From positions 18,601,272 to 18,650,946 of the forward strand of contig NC_068991.1 in NCBI RefSeq assembly GCF_001194135.2: a DNA stretch of 49,675 nt, in the 5' to 3' direction. The stretch is from Octopus bimaculoides. Taxonomy: Eukaryota. Every line of letters begins with the position of its first letter. Position 1 is the first letter of the stretch. The translations under genes and the position numbers were made by a program. Below are positions 47,630 through 49,675 of this stretch, in pieces. The notes below the pieces were generated by a model that was not told where the DNA came from, did no database searches, and saw only the letters and a program-made list of their open reading frames with translations.

Positions 47630-47855
47630 CACCAGGTTAGGGTGTTACTCTTACGATTCAAAGATCGTGGTTTCGATTCCTGGACCAAGCAGTGTACTGT
47701 GTTCGCGAAGAAAATTTTTATTTCGCGTTGCTCCAGTCTACTCAGTTGAAGATTAATTCAGAGAGTAGTCGGGGAGTTAACCTTGCGACGGACTAGCGTC
47801 CCATTTAGGAGGAAGTGCTGTAATCTCAGTCACTTAAACGCTATGGAAACCAGGT
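47630..47855 (+). mobile_element. SINE family D variant (CCTTGCGACGGACTAGCGTCCC tail)
   Basis: B box GGTTTCGATTCC, GTTGCTCCAGTCTACTCAG core. Confidence 0.65.
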
Positions 47856-49061
47856 TGATTTTCGGGAAAGTGTGATAAACCCGTAATATAAGGTAGCGAA
47901 GGAGCTTCTGGTCTAGCATAACCAGTTGCTGGATATGCTAGAAATATCAGCCAAATCTCCTTCAATTGACACTATAATCTCAAAGCAAAACTGTAAAATA
48001 ATTTGCCGGTGTATGTATGTATGTATGTATGTATGTACTACAAACAATATATGAGTATATGCATATATACGTACATATATGTGCATACCTACATCTACCT
48101 GTATACATAGATGCATATCTGGTTACAGGACGTTGCAAAAAAACGTGGAGAAAATGATAAACGGAGTATAGAAAAAATACAGGCCACATAGAGAACATTT
48201 CCTTCATCAGCTGCCACCATTCTAAAACTAAGCGTTTCGAAGAGTTAGGGCAGACGCATTGTTAGAATGGCTCTTCCCACGGACCACAAATTAAATTTAA
48301 ATTAAATTTGTAACGTGGAGGAATGTAGTGGCGGACTCCTCCTCTAAAGAAGGAGCTAATTTCTAACAAAGATACAAAGCTCCATCATTGGAATGTAGAT
48401 ACAGAAAAGAATGTCACATTTTAAATCTGAGAAAAGTCTTGCATTATTTTACTGTTCCGCTTACAGATTGTATTTGTAATGTGCGAATCAGCCGGTCGAT
48501 TTCCTTTTATGTATGTGTATGTGCGTGTGTGTGTGTGTGGCGGGGTGTTTCTGCACCAGTGACTCGATATGCAAGAGTTATCAACCAAATCTCCTTCAAA
48601 TCACACCTCATGATCTTATCAAAAGGAAGGCCACATTGGATAATGTACTAGATAAACCATGTATGAGGAAACCAAGAGACTGAAGTGTGAACGTTGGGAT
48701 GTTTCTGACCATAGGGTATGTCTGATCATGGCTGACCAATGGCTAAACAATAACAACAACACCATTTTGGATAAAGTATCGTTGAAAATAAGACGCGAGG
48801 TCACAGTTACAATGTCAGTGATCAGGGCTGATATAAGTCTACAAAACAACAATAATCAGACGCATTGTTCTATATTCACTACACCTGAAAAATAAGACGG
48901 AATGGTCACATCTGGAATACCTTTTGTCATAAATCAGTTCGACCATGACTGAGTAAGCAACATCAGCTCCTTTTCTTTCTCTGACCCCGTTCTTAATTAA
49001 AGGTTCATTATAAAGCAAACAAGTTAATTAAGGCAAATTGGATAGCAAAAATAAAATAAAC

Positions 49062-49350
49062 GGGTGTCGTCATGGGTGAGTGGTTAAGACATTTGGTTCA
49101 CAACCACATGGACCCGGTTTCAGTCCCACTGCGCAGCACAGTCTACTACAGCTCCGGGCCAGCTAATGCTTTGCAAATATGAATTCGATAAACAGAAACT
49201 GTGTAGAAACCTATGTGCGTGGGTGTGTATGTGTGTGTCTGTGTGTGTGTGTGTGAGCGTTTTTGTGCTTGGCGCCTCACCGTTTGGAAACCGGTGTCAG
49301 TTTGTTTACGTGCCTGTTACTTAGCAGTTCCGGAAACGAAAAGAGAGGAG
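49062..49350 (+). mobile_element. SINE family A decayed copy
   Basis: GAGTGGTTAAG...CAACCACATGG...TTCAGTCCCACTGCGC...TTAGCAGTTC. Confidence 0.65.
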
Positions 49351-49484
49351 AGATAGAAATTGAGTTTTTCTTTTTCTTTTTGCCTTGTTACTAGGGTGCA
49401 TTTGGGTGACTAAACCGTTCTACGATCAAAACCCTTCCTCGTAGGGCATAATCGAAATCCAGTGACTAAAATAATCAATACGTT

Positions 49485-49660
49485 TCTTCTTTTACTCGTT
49501 TCGATCATTAGACTGTGGCCATGCTGATGCACCCACTTGAAGCATTTTCGTCGAACGAATCGACCCAAGTCCTTTTTTTTTTTTTTTGTTAAACCCTGGT
49601 ATTAATTCTGTCAGTGTCTTTTGTTGAACCGCTAAGTTACGGAGACGTAAGCACACCAAC
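49485..49660 (-). mobile_element. SINE family A 3' fragment
   Basis: TTTTACTCGTTTCGATCATTAGACTGTGGCCATGCTG...GAACCGCTAAGTTACGG. Confidence 0.7.
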
Positions 49661-49675
49661 ACCAATAGTAGGAAT

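Noticed and set aside
48195-48265. Minus-strand CGAAACGC...CTGATGAAGG hammerhead-like words
   Set aside because: Stems I and II do not pair in any of the three topologies; possibly a decayed pLTR fragment only
1-49675. CRISPR array, rRNA or prokaryotic operon features
   Set aside because: No regular repeat-spacer array or rRNA-like sequence; the recurring motifs are dispersed eukaryotic SINEs

Overview
AT-rich, repeat-saturated metazoan DNA from a gappy draft assembly (9 N-runs, about 3.9 kb). The SINE families look like those of coleoid cephalopods, most likely Octopus (inference from memory, no database search). I recognise no intact host protein-coding gene: almost every ORF in the track is a translation of microsatellites, SINEs or N-gaps. 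The window holds about 23 copies or fragments of one tRNA-headed SINE with an internal microsatellite (family A). It also has two tRNA-Arg-like SINE types (B, and CORE-like D), a Nin-like SINE (E), RTE/Ceph-like elements ending in (GAT)n (C, F), Tc1/mariner, pogo/Tigger and hAT MITEs, and many SSRs. Not visible in the ORF track: (1) a decayed Penelope-like retroelement (RT + GIY-YIG) at about 34.0-38.9 kb, split by five younger insertions; (2) a second, different Penelope-like GIY-YIG remnant at about 40.1-40.8 kb; (3) an inverted pair of Penelope-type hammerhead ribozyme motifs at about 30.3 kb, one with an intact core, beside a 645-bp foldback; (4) a foldback built from two 5' halves of a Tc1/mariner transposase; (5) a candidate promoter at about 31.7 kb. 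Boundaries of decayed repeats are approximate (about +/-10-20 nt). Family names are resemblances that need Dfam/Repbase confirmation.
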